From Cystobasidiomycetes sp. EMM_F5 (taxonomy: Eukaryota), in NCBI GenBank assembly GCA_051047955.1, contig JBPGPT010000042.1, positions 1 to 64,000 of the forward strand: a stretch of DNA of 64,000 nucleotides. Reading direction: 5' to 3'. Below are positions 61,610 to 64,000 of the stretch, one piece after another (the first letter of the stretch is position 1; every line of letters starts with the position of its first letter). The translations under genes were made by a program, and so were the position numbers. The notes under the pieces are model-generated. The model was not told where the DNA came from, did no database searches, and was given only the letters and a program-made list of their open reading frames with translations.

Positions 61610-63648
61610 TCAGATAAGATGCACCGATGCCCTCTTGCCCTCCCTCCTCCGCACAGCTTTCGCTTCCTTGATCAGCTTCCGCTGCAGCCGCTTCTCCTCC
61701 TCCTTCCTCTCCTTTGCAGCGTGCGCAGCACACTCTCCCAACCCATCCTCGTTCTCCCCACCCACCTTCCCGCAACACGCCCTGCACATCCCCCGGACGC
61801 ACCTCGCAGAGGCATTGTTGACGGAATCGCACCCAGTACAGCCAACAGTAACGGGAAGCATCTTGATGGCGTCCCTCTCCACACCGACTCTTGTCACCTT
61901 GGCACTCCCACTACCTCCCTCTCCATCCAACTTGGCATCCTCGTCCCTTTGCAGCTCCCCCAAATCACGCTTCATCCCTGCTGAAGACGACTGCTTTGAC
62001 ACTACACTCGCATCCTCTTCCGACAGCGGTCTCAGATATGCCTGAGCGTGTGAGTATGGCACAGTCCGCCTGGCATAGTCCTCTGGCAACCCAACGTGTG
62101 GATCATGAGAGAGATATCCTGCCGCATAATCAGACTGGTACCCTTGTCAGTCATATCCCTACTTCTTTGTGTGAACGACTCACCTCCAACGCCTTCTCGA
62201 GCTCATGTGTGAGCGCCACATACTTGTCCAGCGCAATCTTCCACTCGTCCCTTCCATGTGCAACATTTGATATTCGAGAAAGATCCTCCCTAAAGTGAAG
62301 ATGTCGTCCTGCATTGAATACAGGCTTCCACATCCTAAACAAGTGCGCCTTGACTGCCGACAGGCCTGTAGTCGTCTTGAGTGACGCAACAATCGCCAGG
62401 TACTGCCTCGACATTTGCACTAGCGGATAGTATGCGATGTTGGGGCATGCCGTATATCCCGCATCCACGCTATCCAGCATATCTAGCAGCTCGGGAGGTA
62501 GAGCAGCGCGATATCTTGCAGCTCCGTCCCGATTGAGCGGTTCAAAAACAGCAGGATTGTACAAGTTACCCTCTGCAGACATGATACCGTCCACACCGGT
62601 TCGTTCCAAACAGTCCTTGACGTCAAGATGCGTCAAGATGTTGCCATTCGCAAATACAGGAACAGAGACGGCCTGCTTGACTGCTCGAATCTTTTCCCAA
62701 TCAGCTAGACCCGTAAGCTGCCCTTTTTGATCTCGCGTCCGCCCGTGAACAGTAAGAATCTGGGCGCCCGCTCGCTCGAGTATCTTGGCGTATTCCAAGG
62801 TCTTGTCGAGCGTGTCGTACACCCGGAACTTGGCAGTAATGGGAACAGATAGGTTGGCGTTCAAATGAGAGACTATTACAAAAGTAATTAGGCTGCATAG
62901 ACGTCATCTTGTTTGTTGGACTGCACATACTCATGCTTTCTATCAGGCCCCAGTCTTCCATGAGGAATGCGCCGTATTGACCGCGCTTAGCGATTCCTTG
63001 CGGGCAGCCCTGTCAAGAGACGCACATCAGCCGGCTGAGTCTGTCCGTACATCTGCAATTTGACGCATGCCGGACTTACGAGATTCAGGTCGACAGCATC
63101 CACCAAATCCCCACTCTCCGCTATCCTTCTAGCGGCGGTGAGAAATGTCTCTTTGTTGTTTGCACAAAACTGCGCCGTGACTGGTCTATCGAGCACATGC
63201 TTGCCCTCTTCGCCAGACTCGAAGTCGAATTGTTCGCGTTGATATCGTTCATTTTGGCTGTTACTAAATAGGCCTGCGTGGATCATGGGAGTGTAGGCGT
63301 GGTCTGCGCCGTGTATCCGTGATAGTATACGCCAAGCCTATCGTTCTGACGGTCAGTCCATTGAATGATGGGTATTATATGTTAGCTTGCACACCAGTTC
63401 AGACTGATCCACCATGGGCTACGATAGTGAAAGGATGCGGAAAGCGCAGGAGACACCAGATCAGCTCTCGCTTCATCACTTCACCCTGCTCTGCGACCAT
63501 AAAATCTTGCCCTTACCGCCACTATAAATTTGGGAGAGCCCATGCTCCTGTAGAGATCCCAGCTCGTCAGCTTGGGCTGTCGCTGTCCGTCCGTGGATCC
63601 ATTCTTGAAAAGACTGGCTCCAGTTGTGATGCAGTCCAAGGATGTCAT
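61610..63648 (-). CDS. DUS1: tRNA-dihydrouridine synthase Dus1
   Basis: [62 protein letters not shown] and GIMSAEGNLYNP. Cys-rich C-terminal CxxC...CxxxxCxxCC...CxxH. Confidence 0.93.
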
Positions 63649-64000
63649 GATTCTCGTAAAGCCATTCAAGGGTGTGCAGGGAGAACGACGAGCAGTATTA
63701 CACCGTATCGCTGTACGGAGCAGCAGTGCAGCTTGCAGATTGGCAGGATTGGCGACGAGTCAAGGTGTAATTACAATTGATTGACAGGTCTGATCTGCTC
63801 CAACAACATGCACAATCCAATATGCCAATGCCCTGCTTCGTTATGGCTCCTCTCCCTCGTACTCGTCCTGTCCTGCTCGCTGACCTCCGTTCGCGGACAG
63901 GGATTGTGAGGGCGAGACTGACCATTTGAAGTGAATGGAGACTGATTGTCGACAATACTCGCATGCCAGCTTTGAGCAATTCTTCGGGCAGCATCAACAG

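Noticed and set aside
3805..62730. Numerous 60-250 aa antisense or overlapping ORFs in the six-frame track
   Set aside because: They are shadow ORFs of GC-rich coding exons with no independent motifs.
63417..63516. Box C/D-like GTGATGA...CTGA in the first DUS1 intron
   Set aside because: The boxes are only about 8 nt apart, too close for a snoRNA.
2443..63648. Functional clustering of tRNA-related loci (BRF1, PUS1, tRNA-Arg, DUS1)
   Set aside because: They are spread over 60 kb among unrelated genes, which is compatible with chance.
63698..64000. Open frames at the right edge
   Set aside because: Truncated by the window with no recognisable motif. It may be the 3' end of a neighbouring gene but cannot be supported.

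Overview
This is gene-dense eukaryotic DNA from a basidiomycete fungus, probably a compact yeast-like genome; the lineage is inferred from gene content such as the two-SH3 Ste50/Ubc2 adaptor. Introns are mostly short (about 50-65 nt, GT-AG with CTRAY branch points) and some intergenic gaps are only 150-200 bp. I read about 23 protein-coding genes and one intronless tRNA-Arg(UCG). In order they are: MEF2-type MADS factor, BRF1, NADP-isocitrate dehydrogenase, PXA-domain protein, TAM41, ALG5, PUS1, amidase, STE50/Ubc2, GPI-anchored lipase-like protein, vezatin-like protein, two tandem cullin-1 genes, tRNA-Arg, two small hypothetical proteins, MLP1/TPR, a Ser/Thr kinase, a mitochondrial carrier, a small GPI protein, a SARAF homologue, MON2, RNR2 and DUS1. 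I found no transposon, CRISPR array, secondary-metabolite cluster or mating-type genes. The window is mostly housekeeping DNA and I cannot show a novel system. The best leads are: (1) an intact, divergent second cullin-1 with an altered Skp1-binding helix and different introns; (2) a cell-surface class-3 lipase homologue whose catalytic Ser is replaced by Gly; (3) STE50 introns packed with branch-point motifs; (4) a 6-nt micro-exon in CUL1; (5) an MCB-like cluster upstream of RNR2. Gene coordinates run from start codon to stop codon including introns and were read by eye.
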